Positions 51,616-61,524 of a stretch of DNA of 64,000 bases are shown one piece after another. Location of the stretch: assembly GCA_964427735.1 (NCBI GenBank), contig CAYRUS010000001.1, positions 98,173 to 162,172 of the forward strand. The letters are read 5' to 3'. A program made the translations under genes and the position numbers. Position 1 is the stretch's first letter. Each line of letters opens with the position of its first letter. The stretch is from an uncultured Gammaproteobacteria bacterium (GTDB taxonomy: Bacteria; Patescibacteriota; Microgenomatia; UBA8517). The notes under the pieces were generated by a model. That model did no database searches, was not told the DNA's origin, and saw only the letters and a list, made by a program, of their open reading frames with translations.

Positions 51616-52873
51616 AATTTATACTTTTTTTCTTACCTTTGAGAGCTAATAAAACTGCTTCTTTGTCTGACCATGGATATTCTACTCCTTTATAATTCAT
51701 GGACTTCTCATGACCTTTTCCGCAAATCACTACAATATCACCATTATTTGCAGCTTTGTTAATAGCAAACCATATTGCCTCTCCTCTATCACGTATTACA
51801 ATAAAAACATGTTTATTGATTTCATTGAGCTTACTTTTATAAGATACTTGAATTGACCCAGCTTTTTCCGCACCTTTTATGATTTCTTTATTAATTTCTT
51901 CAATTTCCTCATATCTTTGATCTTCTGCAGTTAAAATAGATATATCAGCTAATCTTACTGATATCTTACCCATTATTGGTCTTTTTGCTTTATCTCTTTC
52001 ACCAGCACAACCAAATACTACTATAAGTTTACTACCCTTTTTAAGTCTATTTTTTAATTCGGAGAGAACATTCTTTAAGGCATTTGGGGTATGTGCGAAA
52101 TCTACATATATTTTTATCCCTAATTTATTTTCAATTGATTCCAGCCTACCAGGTATAACGTTAAAAGATTTGATTGCTTCTAGCACTGCAACATCTTTAA
52201 TACCTAATTCCATTGCAGCCATAATCGCTGCTAGAGCATTGTATTGATTATATTTCTCCTTAAAAACTTTCTTTAAATCACTAAAACTTTTTTCCTTAAG
52301 ATCATCAAGGCTATATTCTACGATTTTAATATTTTTTAGCTGTCTTTTTATATATTTATACGAGTCGTCATCTCTGTTAATTACTGCAGTTTGCGCATTT
52401 GAAAAAAGCTTTGATTTAGCTTTTATATAATTTTGAAAAGTCCTATGGTAATCAAGATGTTCATGTGTGATATTTGTTAAAACACCTACATCAATACTTG
52501 AACCAAAAAGTCTATGTTGATCCAAACCATGTGAAGTTGCTTCTAAAACAACATATTCTATATCTTCCTCCAAAGCCCTTTTTAAAAGTTTTTGGAGTTC
52601 TCCTGAATTTGGAGAAGTCACATGAAGCCCCGTATCTATTTCTTTATCGCCGATATATGCTGCAACTGTGGAAATTAAAGCAGCTCTTTTGTGATTTTTT
52701 CTAAGCACATGGTATAACATCGTTGAGGTCGTTGTTTTTCCATCAGTTCCTGTAACTCCAATTATCACCATTTTCCTGGCAGGATAACCATATCTTACAA
52801 CTGCAATAATTGCTCTAAGGAGATGATAAAAATTTTTTAATTTCTGTGGGAGTTTATCTTTAATTTTTTTCAT
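51605..52873 (-). CDS. murE: UDP-MurNAc-dipeptide--diamino acid ligase MurE (short N terminus)
   Basis: IGVTGTDGKTTT, EATSHGLDQ.R, EHLDYH, DFAHTP, FGCAGERD..KRP.MG, GKGHE. Confidence 0.93.
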   Translation of the reverse strand: MKKIKDKLPQKLKNFYHLLRAIIAVVRYGYPARKMVIIGVTGTDGKTTTSTMLYHVLRKNHKRAALISTVAAYIGDKEIDTGLHVTSPNSGELQKLLKRALEEDIEYVVLEATSHGLDQHRLFGSSIDVGVLTNITHEHLDYHRTFQNYIKAKSKLFSNAQTAVINRDDDSYKYIKRQLKNIKIVEYSLDDLKEKSFSDLKKVFKEKYNQYNALAAIMAAMELGIKDVAVLEAIKSFNVIPGRLESIENKLGIKIYVDFAHTPNALKNVLSELKNRLKKGSKLIVVFGCAGERDKAKRPIMGKISVRLADISILTAEDQRYEEIEEINKEIIKGAEKAGSIQVSYKSKLNEINKHVFIVIRDRGEAIWFAINKAANNGDIVVICGKGHEKSMNYKGVEYPWSDKEAVLLALKGKKKSINYAK

Positions 52874-52887
52874 AAAAACTTATGTTC

Positions 52888-53933
52888 TCATACAAAATCT
52901 TGGACTTCACGTTCTAAATCGACTTCAAATTTTTCTTTTATATCTATTTGAATTTCAACAGCTAACAAGTTTACTTCATGTGCTGTTGCTTTTTTTAATG
53001 GGTTTGTTAATACCAGAGCGTTTTTGTCTGATACTTTAGCATTTCCCATGTGTTTACCCATCCATCCTGCTTTATCAATAAGCCAGCCAGAAAAAAGTTT
53101 AACTTTACCATTTTCCACTTCAAAAAAGGGGGTATTTGGGTAATCTTTTTGAACTTTTTTAAGTTTACTTTTACTAACAATCGGATTTTTAAAGAACGAA
53201 CCGGCATTCGGATTCTCGGTTGGATCCTCAAGTTTTATTTTCCTTAAATGTAAAACAGCAGATCTAATGTCTTTGATTGTTGGATTATTAATTTCATTAC
53301 TTTGGAGATAATCCTGTAAGGAATTATAACTAATGACTGGCTTACCATCTTCTTTTAACTTTAAAACAATTTTCGTTATTAGATACTTATTTCTGTTCAT
53401 TAATCGTTTAAAAAAACTGTTTCTGTATTCAAAATCACACTCGTGGTAAATGAATTTAATCATTCTTTTATCTTTAAATGAGTATGCCACAAGATACTCA
53501 AAAACATCCTTAAGTTCTTGACCGTATGCACCAATATTTTGTACTGGTGCTGCGCCAACACTACCTGGTATTCCTGATAACGCTTCAATCCCTTGCAAAT
53601 TTTTATTTACCGTTTCCCTTACTAAATCATCCCAGACAATTCCGGCTCCAGCTGTTACTATTACCTCACCTCTCTCTTTCTCCTGAAATTCTAGTCTGTC
53701 ATCTACACACTTAATTACAATTCCAAGTATCTTCCCATCATTCACGAGAACATTGCTTCCTCCTCCTAGAATGCGAATAGAGAGATTTTTTTATCTGCAA
53801 ACTCTGCTACTTCTCCAATCTGATTTATATTCTTCACTTCCGTAAAGTACTGTGCGATACCGCCAATATGAAAAGTAGTAAATTCTTTTAAGTCCACTCT
53901 TTGCCGTAGATATCTTGGAGTTCTTGACTTCAT
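52888..53933 (-). pseudogene. murB: UDP-N-acetylenolpyruvoylglucosamine reductase MurB, frameshifted at A7 (53786-53792)
   Basis: ATG 53933 (ATGA overlap with the murA stop) reads ...FTTFHIGGIAQYF...FADKK, then TAG at 53766; adding one A restores NLSIRILGGGSNVLV and joins the ORF with GIPGSVGAAPVQNIGAYG, AGSFFKNP, LEREV. Confidence 0.88.
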
Positions 53934-55221
53934 TTTTTAACTTCTTCTATTTCTGCTCCTAATTTTTTTAGATTTTGAGCAAAATCTGGATGACCTCGAT
54001 ATAATGAATCTGCATTTAAAATTACTGATTCATCGTCAGCTATCATAGCTGTCATCACCATAGACACAACCACACGAATAATATATGGTGCTTCTACTGT
54101 AGAACTTCTAATTTTATTTCCGGTAGTGACAATTACCCTGTGCGGGTCGGCAATAATTAGATTAGCACCCATCTTTACAAGCTCGCTGGTCCAAAAAAGA
54201 CCTGCCCATACATCCAGTTATGGAAAATTATCTGTCCATGTCCTCCTGCTAAAGCCATGGGTATAAATAAAGGTAAAGTATCAACCGGCAATCCTGGCCA
54301 CGGATGGCATTTGATCTCTGCTGTATTAAATCCGTTACCCCCATTTGGCAAGATTGTTTGATTTGCTCTAACTATTGATTTATCACCATCGTAATCTATT
54401 TGTATTCCAAATTTTTCAAAGACGTTAACAATATTATTTATTTTTCCTGGTAAAGAATTGTGAACTGTGATTTCACCACCAGTAACTGCAGCCAATGCCC
54501 AAAAAGTAGTAATTTCATAATGATCACTCCACAAAGTGTGTTCTGTTGTAGATAGTTTTGTTTCTCCTTCAATTTCGAGAATATTGGATCCAATACCTTT
54601 AATTTTTGCTCCGCTTTTAACCAGGAACTCACATAAATCCTGTACCTGTGGTTCACTGGCCGCATTAATAATTCTGGTTTTACCAGGTAAAGATGTTGAA
54701 AGCATAATTACATTTTCTGTTGCAGTAACACTCATTTCCAAAAGCCAAATCTCTTTTGCCTCTGCACTTGAAGCATCCATTCTAACACTTGATTCTGTTT
54801 CGCTAACAACCACACCTAAATCTCTAAAAGCTTTATAGTGTGCATCAAGTGGACGCATTCCTAAGGTACAACCACCAGGAAGATCCTCAAAAACTACTTT
54901 ACCAAAGCGTGCAAGCATAGAACCCCACAGCAGCGAGGTCCCTTTCATATTTCCGAGATCTTCTTGATCTAATGATTCCAGATTCACTTTACTGTTATCT
55001 AGAATCATTGTCTTTTCCTTTTTGTTCCACTTTATTTTGCTACCTAGTTTCTCTAATATTTTTACTAAGCGATGTACATCAGTTATATCTGGTATATTCT
55101 TTAGACTAACTGGCTCATCAAAAAGTAATGTAGCTGGAATAAGTGCAACAGCTGAATTTTTACTTCCGGAAGGGTAAATCTCACCAGAAAGAACTTGCCC
55201 TCCCTTTACTTTTATATCCAT
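53930..55221 (-). pseudogene. murA: UDP-GlcNAc 1-carboxyvinyltransferase MurA, frameshifted near 54205
   Basis: SGSKNS, PGGCTLG.R, SVTATEN, EP, PWPG.P.D; after NWMY one base is missing, and restoring it gives x-AGLFWTSELVKMGAN, fusing to ORF 53930-54172 (RGH...L.KLGA.I). Confidence 0.9.
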
Positions 55222-55248
55222 TTATTGAGTATTATACTTTTATAAATA

Positions 55249-56979
55249 TTACTTTTCAGGGTGTATCCCAAATTCCAAAAATAAATCTTCTGCTATAGAG
55301 TACCACAAAGGAGCAGCGGTTTCAGAAGCCCATTGTGAGGATGTTGGTTCCCTAAGGATAACAAGCATTACAAACTTCGGGTCCTCTGCAGGAGCAAAGC
55401 CTACAAAGCTAGCTATTGTCCTTTTAGCATCGTAATGCCCGGCTATAGGAATTTGGGCAGTTCCTGTTTTTCCTGCCACTCTAAAACCTGCTTTGTGAGT
55501 CCACTTAGCTTCACCGTTACTAGCAGCTTCCAACATCATAGCTGTTATTTCGTTTGCTGCTTTTTCTGAAATCACTCTTACTTCTTCTGTTTTCTCAACT
55601 TCAGCCTGCCAACTTCCTTTTTTAAGTTTTGACACAACTCTCGGAGTTACCAAATTCCCGTCATTTGCAATTGCAGCAACAGCACGGATCATCTGAATGG
55701 GCGTTACGGCAATTCCCTGACCAAAAGTAGTTGTTGCTAAATCCACAACGTTCCAAGTTCCCTTTTCTCTTTGGGAAGCTGTTGCCTCACCTTGTAAGTC
55801 TATCCCTGTTAAATGCCCAACCCCAAACTTATTTAAATAATCATATAATTTATTAGCACCAATTCTTTGACCTATAAATGCCATACCTACATTGTCAGAA
55901 TGCACAATAACCTCAGTCATAGTGGAGTTTGGATGGTACTCATTATTCCATGTCTCGATGAAATATTTATCAACTTTAAGAGGACCTGAACAAATATCAC
56001 AGGTTGTGTTTGGTGTTACCGCACCAGAATCAAGACCAGCTGCCATAACCACTACTTTAAAAATAGAACCAGGTTCAAACAATTCTGATATCGCTGGATT
56101 TCTAAATAATTCATCACTGTAAGCGGGATAGTTAGCTGGCTCAAACGAAGGATACGATGCCATAGCATAAATTGCACCATCTTTCGGATCCATGACAATT
56201 ACAGTTCCTGAGGATGCACCGTATTTTTCAACTCCGCTTTTAAGTTCTTTTTCAACAGTTACCTGAACACCTTTTTTGATATTTGTAATTAAATCAACTC
56301 CTTCGATTGCAGATACCTCCTGAACATCACCCAACACAATCGGAATGCCTAAAGCATCTGATTCACGGGTCATAAACCCTGGTTTGCCAGAAAGAACTAA
56401 ATCATAAAAACCCTCTAAACCAAAATAACCTTTATCTTCTCCGTGCTCATCTTTACCTACAAACCCAAGAAGGTGAGCTGCACCCGACGCTTCAGGATAA
56501 ATCCTATCCTCTTTGCGCTCAAAACCTATTCCTGCTATTTCTAAAGATTCAATATTCTTCTTTATTTGTGTCGATACTGAATTTTTAAGAGGAACCCAAA
56601 CCACGTTATCTTTGTTTAATAAATTTTCTATCCTGCTTTTTTCAGCCTCCAATCTATCTTCTTTTTCTTCGCCATTTTCAAAACTTTCTTCTGATATAAA
56701 AAGCTGAGCAAGCTGTTTTGATATCTCACCTTTATCCGCTTTAATTTCTCTTAATGAACCATAAACGAGCCAAGCTTCGCCACGATAAGCTAATGGATTT
56801 CCATTACTGTCTAAAATATTTCCTCTTGGAGCTGAAACTATCTTTGATGATTCATATTGATATCGAGCAGCTTCCGATAAAGTAGGTCCTTTTATAACTT
56901 GCCAATAAAACAATCTAATTATTAGCATTAAAAACCCTATGAAAAAAAATACAGCAATAGTACGTATTCTTGCCTGCAT
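55249..56979 (-). CDS. ftsI: Class B penicillin-binding protein (FtsI/PBP3-like)
   Basis: APRG.I.D.NG, R.YP, GLE, EPGSIFK (SxxK), SDN (SxN), KTGT; follows ftsL. Confidence 0.9.
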   Translation of the reverse strand: MQARIRTIAVFFFIGFLMLIIRLFYWQVIKGPTLSEAARYQYESSKIVSAPRGNILDSNGNPLAYRGEAWLVYGSLREIKADKGEISKQLAQLFISEESFENGEEKEDRLEAEKSRIENLLNKDNVVWVPLKNSVSTQIKKNIESLEIAGIGFERKEDRIYPEASGAAHLLGFVGKDEHGEDKGYFGLEGFYDLVLSGKPGFMTRESDALGIPIVLGDVQEVSAIEGVDLITNIKKGVQVTVEKELKSGVEKYGASSGTVIVMDPKDGAIYAMASYPSFEPANYPAYSDELFRNPAISELFEPGSIFKVVVMAAGLDSGAVTPNTTCDICSGPLKVDKYFIETWNNEYHPNSTMTEVIVHSDNVGMAFIGQRIGANKLYDYLNKFGVGHLTGIDLQGEATASQREKGTWNVVDLATTTFGQGIAVTPIQMIRAVAAIANDGNLVTPRVVSKLKKGSWQAEVEKTEEVRVISEKAANEITAMMLEAASNGEAKWTHKAGFRVAGKTGTAQIPIAGHYDAKRTIASFVGFAPAEDPKFVMLVILREPTSSQWASETAAPLWYSIAEDLFLEFGIHPEK

Positions 56980-56984
56980 AATAA

Positions 56985-57305
56985 TTATCGAAGCTGGGCA
57001 ACAAAATTGTCTCTGGAAAGATAAATAATATCATTAGGTTTTACATAACCTAATTCAGCTGCTTTTTCATCAAGCTTCATGAGTGATTGATTATTTACCA
57101 AAGCACTCTCCATTTCTCTATTTTCCTTTATGTAAGCTGTCTCCTGTCTTTCCAGTTCAGATATAGTTGCACCTAAACTAGCTGTTTGAACAGTAACAAA
57201 TATAGTGGATATTATAAATAGCAAAAAGATCACAACAACAAATAGTTGTAGATAGCCCTTTTTCTCTTTATTTCTGGTAATTTTTTGTCTTTGTTTTCTT
57301 CTCAT
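56985..57305 (-). CDS. ftsL: FtsL-like bitopic protein
   Basis: Basic N terminus, TM, coiled coil, A.ELGY..P; lies between rsmH and the PBP. Confidence 0.7.
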   Translation of the reverse strand: MRRKQRQKITRNKEKKGYLQLFVVVIFLLFIISTIFVTVQTASLGATISELERQETAYIKENREMESALVNNQSLMKLDEKAAELGYVKPNDIIYLSRDNFVAQLR

Positions 57306-58252
57306 AATTTTTCTGCTACTCGAAGTTTTGAACTTCTCGCTCTCGGATTGTTTTTAATTTCTTCCTCGCTTGGTTTAATAGGTTTTTTTGTTACATTAAT
57401 CACGATATTCTCATCTTCTAATTTTTTGATAAAGCTTTTTACTACAGCATCTTCCAGGGAATGAAAAGAAATAATAGCCATTCTTCCGCCAGGTTTTAAT
57501 AGTTCAACAGCTTGCGACATCCCCTCATTTAGATTTGATAGTTCAGAGTTTGTCGCAATACGCAGAGCCAAAAATGGCGTAGTAGCCCAATGTGTACCTT
57601 TGTCTTTATTCTCGTAATAAACGTTTGATCTCTTTATAATCTCCAAAAAATCCCCTACTGTGTAAATTGGCTTTTTATGCCTATAATCAATAATTTCCCG
57701 GGATAAACTTCTTGTTAGTCTTAGATCAAGTACCTTACTAAACAAGTCAATTAATTGATCCTCTCTTAGTGCATTTAATAAATCTCTTGCTCTTACTGCA
57801 TTGACATCCTGATCTAGTCTCATGTCGAGATCTGCTTCTGGTACAGTAAATGAAAAACCTCTGGAGACATCCTTAAAATGAAGGACATTCGTACCTAAAT
57901 CAAATAAAATTGCATCAACATTAATAAAATTGTTTTGCTCAGCAATTACTTTTAGGTCTTTAAAATTTCCGTAAACTAGTTTGAAGTGGCCATGAACAGA
58001 ATTGTTCATGGCAGGGCGGGTCATTTCAAACTTTTCCCTGGCAATTTCAAGCATTTTCTTATCTGTATCAATACCAAGTACGGAAATTGGATACTTCAAT
58101 ATCTCTAAAGAATGTCCAGCAGTTCCTACTGTGGCGTCAATTACTTTAGCTTTATCTTTTAAATGTGCTAACTTCTTAATTTGTAAATAGTCAATTACTT
58201 CTTCAAGCAAAACAGGATCGTGAATATCTGTTTTATTGCTTTCGATTAACAT
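57302..58252 (-). CDS. rsmH: 16S rRNA m4C methyltransferase RsmH (likely start ATG 58252)
   Basis: H.PVLLEE, DATVG.AGHS, DLG, RGFSF, LDMR, ALRIA.N.EL, ISFHSLED, NPRARS.KLR. Confidence 0.96.
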   Translation of the reverse strand: MLIESNKTDIHDPVLLEEVIDYLQIKKLAHLKDKAKVIDATVGTAGHSLEILKYPISVLGIDTDKKMLEIAREKFEMTRPAMNNSVHGHFKLVYGNFKDLKVIAEQNNFINVDAILFDLGTNVLHFKDVSRGFSFTVPEADLDMRLDQDVNAVRARDLLNALREDQLIDLFSKVLDLRLTRSLSREIIDYRHKKPIYTVGDFLEIIKRSNVYYENKDKGTHWATTPFLALRIATNSELSNLNEGMSQAVELLKPGGRMAIISFHSLEDAVVKSFIKKLEDENIVINVTKKPIKPSEEEIKNNPRARSSKLRVAEKL

Positions 58253-58256
58253 TTCA

Positions 58257-58697
58257 TTAGTTATCTTTTGATTCACTAGCAAGCTTGTCGATCATTTCTG
58301 CTGCATTATTGCTAATGATCTCATTTTGATTTTCCCAATTATTTTTGTTCCAAATTTCAACTCTATTTCCAACACCTACAAAAACAACTGTCTCATCAAG
58401 ATTTGCAAACTCTACCAAGGCATCAGGTAAAACTACTCTTCCTTGACTATCAGGCTTAAGCTCAAAAGCAGAACCCATGATAAATCTTTCTGTAACTCTT
58501 ACAGGTGTTGTGATTAGTTTAGATGAACCTATCAGTTTTTCTAACAAGTCCAACCAATTTTCTTTTTTTACAGCCGTTAAAGAACCCTCGTACCACTTTG
58601 CAACTATAATCTCATTCCCTAAATCTTTTCTAAAATTTTTTGGTATTGCTACTCTTTTTTTATGACTAATTTTTGTCTCATACTGTCCGATAAACAT
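58257..58697 (-). CDS. mraZ: Transcriptional regulator MraZ (likely start ATG 58697)
   Basis: MFIGQY, R.AIP..FR, D.QGRV.LP, GVG.RVEIW. Confidence 0.95.
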   Translation of the reverse strand: MFIGQYETKISHKKRVAIPKNFRKDLGNEIIVAKWYEGSLTAVKKENWLDLLEKLIGSSKLITTPVRVTERFIMGSAFELKPDSQGRVVLPDALVEFANLDETVVFVGVGNRVEIWNKNNWENQNEIISNNAAEMIDKLASESKDN

Positions 58698-58706
58698 AAG
58701 CTTGCC

Positions 58707-58732
58707 TGCCACTATTCACCACTTTTCACCAC
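58707..58732 (-). promoter_or_regulatory. MraZ-binding direct repeats
   Basis: GTGGTG-aaaa-GTGGTG-aata-GTGGCA with 10-bp period just upstream of mraZ, matching the known triple GTGG-box MraZ operator. Confidence 0.85.
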
Positions 58733-58740
58733 TACATGTC

Positions 58741-58769
58741 ATTTTCACAAAATTTCACGTAAGTGTCAA
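58741..58769 (-). promoter_or_regulatory. Putative dcw (mra) promoter
   Basis: TTGACA-N17-GAAAAT with TG extension, upstream of the MraZ boxes. Confidence 0.6.
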
Positions 58770-58833
58770 GACTAATAATACCCGAAGGAAAATTTAACTT
58801 CTAAACAGTCAGATTACAAAAATTCGATTGAGG

Positions 58834-59559
58834 TTAATTAGAAGAAATCACGAAAATCCCACCAGAAGTTTGACCATCTATACTCTTCCAACTATTGTCA
58901 TCCCATCTCATTAAATTGAGGTCACCATTATAAGTTATCTGGGTTTCTTCTCCTGACACAAATATACCTGACAATTCAGATTCACCAGTAGGATCACCGG
59001 GTATTCCGATTGGATTAAACACAGTCACAAAAACATCTTCATCCACAGAAAACTTAATATTACCATCTAAGCTCGCAACTTCATCTACACCGTTAAAAAG
59101 CTTGAATTCTGTTGATACTCTAGAAATTAATTTTCCTCTCTCATCTCTAAAACTTAAAGTTAAATCTCCACCTTCTACACCTTCGTCATAGCGATAATTA
59201 CCAGAAGATTCTGAACCTAATAATAAATCTCTCTCAATAACTTTTGTATCATCTAACTGTACTGTTCCGGGAACACCTTGTGTACCACTATTTGAAACAT
59301 AAACCAGTTCATAATCAACGCTCTTTGCACTAAAATTCTTTTTAACTGGGTCTAATTTTTCTACAGTTAAATGCAGCCAATGTCCATCTTCTTTTGGAAC
59401 TAAGGTAACCACAGGTCTATCTTCTAACGGAATTTCAACTAGCTGTTCATCTGTGCTATTTGATCCACGACCCTTTGACAAAACCAGGAAGATTCCACCA
59501 AGAATAAAAATACCCAAGATTAGTAGAACAAACGGTAAATATTTTTTGTATTTATCCAT
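58834..59559 (-). CDS. Membrane-anchored hypothetical protein
   Basis: N-terminal TM; YELVY...QGVPG...LLGSESSG.YRYDEGV; overlaps the glyS stop. Confidence 0.75.
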   Translation of the reverse strand: MDKYKKYLPFVLLILGIFILGGIFLVLSKGRGSNSTDEQLVEIPLEDRPVVTLVPKEDGHWLHLTVEKLDPVKKNFSAKSVDYELVYVSNSGTQGVPGTVQLDDTKVIERDLLLGSESSGNYRYDEGVEGGDLTLSFRDERGKLISRVSTEFKLFNGVDEVASLDGNIKFSVDEDVFVTVFNPIGIPGDPTGESELSGIFVSGEETQITYNGDLNLMRWDDNSWKSIDGQTSGGIFVISSN

Positions 59560-60919
59560 CTAAACTATTTTGAATGTAGGAAGAGATCTTGTCAATCGCA
59601 ACTCTTGTCTGTTTTGTTGTATCCCGATCTCTTATTGTAATAGTATCGTCCTCTAATGTATCGAAATCTATTGTAACTGTGTGCGGGGTTCCAATCTCAT
59701 CTTGGTAAAAATATCTCTTACCTATATTTCCTCTATCATCCCAAGCAATATTGTAATCTTTAGATAAGTTATCATAAATACCCCTGGCCTTATTTACCAG
59801 TTCTTCCTTGTTTGCAAGAAGAGGGAAAACTGCTGCTTTATATGGGGCAAGCTTTGAAGGAAGACTAAGAACTTTTCTATCACCCTCGTCTTTATATGCC
59901 CAATCCAAAACCATCATTAAGTTTCTATTGGGACCATATGTTGACTCAATCACATGTGGAATAAATTCTTCTCCAGTCTTAGTGTCTCTTACTGCTAACT
60001 TCTCTCCTGAATGCTTTTGATGCGTAGTAAGATCAAAATCCGTTCTGTAATGCAATCCACTTACTTCACCGAATCCAGTTGAAAACTTGTATTCATAGTC
60101 TTCTGCCTTTTTTGCATAATGTGCAAGTTTATCTGGATGATGTGGTTTCCATCTAAAATTATCTTTAGGAATCCCAAGAATTTCGTTGTACCACTTTTCC
60201 ACTTCATTTCTCCAGTCTTCAAAGGACTTTTCCCAATCACTCTCTTTTATGAAAAATTGAAGCTCCATTTGTTCAAATTCAAGTGTTCTGAAAATAAACT
60301 TTCCTTTTGTTATTTCATTCCTAAATGCTTTTCCTATCTGTGCAATTCCGAATGGAATATTAACTCTGGATGTCTGGTATACATTCCTGAACTGGACAAA
60401 CATACCTTGAGCAGTCTCTGGTCTTAAATAAATATCAGATCCACTACCTTCCGCGGCACCTAAACTTGTTTTAAACATTAAATTAAAATTTCTTACTTTA
60501 GTCCAATTAAAAGAGCCACAATTTGGACAGTGTATTTTGTTTTTAATTATTAATTCATTTAATTCTTCATTGTTAAGTTCATCTGGATTAATATCCTTGA
60601 CTTTTTCTTCCAATAAATGATCCGCTCTATAGCGGTTTTTACAAACTTTACAGTCAATAAGAGGATCATGAAATCCTTCAATATGTCCACTAGCTTCCCA
60701 AACTTTAGGGTGCATGAAGATTGCACTTTCTATACCAACTACATCAATTCTCTGGTGCACGAAAGTCTTCCACCATAAATTTTTAATGTTTTTCAAAAGC
60801 TCAACACCTAAAGGTCCATAATCATACACACTAGTCAGACCACCATATATTTCAGAAGAAGGATATACAAATCCTCTTCTTTTTGCTAAAGCTACGATTT
60901 CATCAAATTTGTTTGCCAT
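59552..60919 (-). CDS. glyQS: Glycyl-tRNA synthetase (homodimeric, GlyQS type)
   Basis: KRRGF..SSEIYGG, YLRPETAQG, GKAFRNEI, FRT.EFEQME, IGKRY..QDEIGTP. Confidence 0.96.
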   Translation of the reverse strand: MANKFDEIVALAKRRGFVYPSSEIYGGLTSVYDYGPLGVELLKNIKNLWWKTFVHQRIDVVGIESAIFMHPKVWEASGHIEGFHDPLIDCKVCKNRYRADHLLEEKVKDINPDELNNEELNELIIKNKIHCPNCGSFNWTKVRNFNLMFKTSLGAAEGSGSDIYLRPETAQGMFVQFRNVYQTSRVNIPFGIAQIGKAFRNEITKGKFIFRTLEFEQMELQFFIKESDWEKSFEDWRNEVEKWYNEILGIPKDNFRWKPHHPDKLAHYAKKAEDYEYKFSTGFGEVSGLHYRTDFDLTTHQKHSGEKLAVRDTKTGEEFIPHVIESTYGPNRNLMMVLDWAYKDEGDRKVLSLPSKLAPYKAAVFPLLANKEELVNKARGIYDNLSKDYNIAWDDRGNIGKRYFYQDEIGTPHTVTIDFDTLEDDTITIRDRDTTKQTRVAIDKISSYIQNSLDG

Positions 60920-60971
60920 TTTCTAAACTTAAATTATTATAAGCCTATACTTAGATAATTACATCTTCAAT

Positions 60972-61517
60972 TTAGGTTAAAACAGCTTTACCTACTCGTT
61001 GAGATGAAGGCTTCCTTTCCAAAATACTTTCAAGCAATTTATCCGGATCTTTCAGTTGTTTATTCTCCGGCCAAAAACCTTGCAAAACAAGTATGTTTCT
61101 AACGAATTCTTTTCTAAAATTAGCAAGATTTTTTGATGTGGCTAGTTTTTGAAAATACTCTCTTATAAACTCAAATAAGTCATTGGATTTGTCATCATCA
61201 CGAACAAGTGCATCCGAAATATCACAAAAATAATAGGCAACTGCTACTTTTTTTAGATCCTTTCGAATCTCTGGAAATGCATCAACAGTTGTTGCCTCTA
61301 ACATTACATCCATGGCTTTTGTTCGGTATCCGTAAAACTTTATCAAACTAAACAATTCCAATGAACCGCGTTTTCTACTTGAAGTTTTCCTCACATTTTT
61401 AGCTATAACAGTTATTTTTCCATAATCCTTTGTTAGAAGGGTTATAATTCTGTCTGCTTCTGAAAAATTTCTGCGTGATATTACTATTCCTTGTGTTGAG
61501 TATTTTTTTGGTCGCAC
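60972..61517 (-). CDS. recO: DNA repair protein RecO (short form)
   Basis: GIVI.R....EADRIIT.LT...GKI...AK.VRK..S; adjacent to the GlyRS gene. Confidence 0.9.
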   Translation of the reverse strand: MRPKKYSTQGIVISRRNFSEADRIITLLTKDYGKITVIAKNVRKTSSRKRGSLELFSLIKFYGYRTKAMDVMLEATTVDAFPEIRKDLKKVAVAYYFCDISDALVRDDDKSNDLFEFIREYFQKLATSKNLANFRKEFVRNILVLQGFWPENKQLKDPDKLLESILERKPSSQRVGKAVLT

Positions 61518-61524
61518 AGACCAA

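Noticed and set aside
58752-58763. TTTCACGT resembling parS
   Set aside because: Only about half of the 16-bp palindrome TGTTTCACGTGAAACA is present, and it lies in the mra promoter spacer
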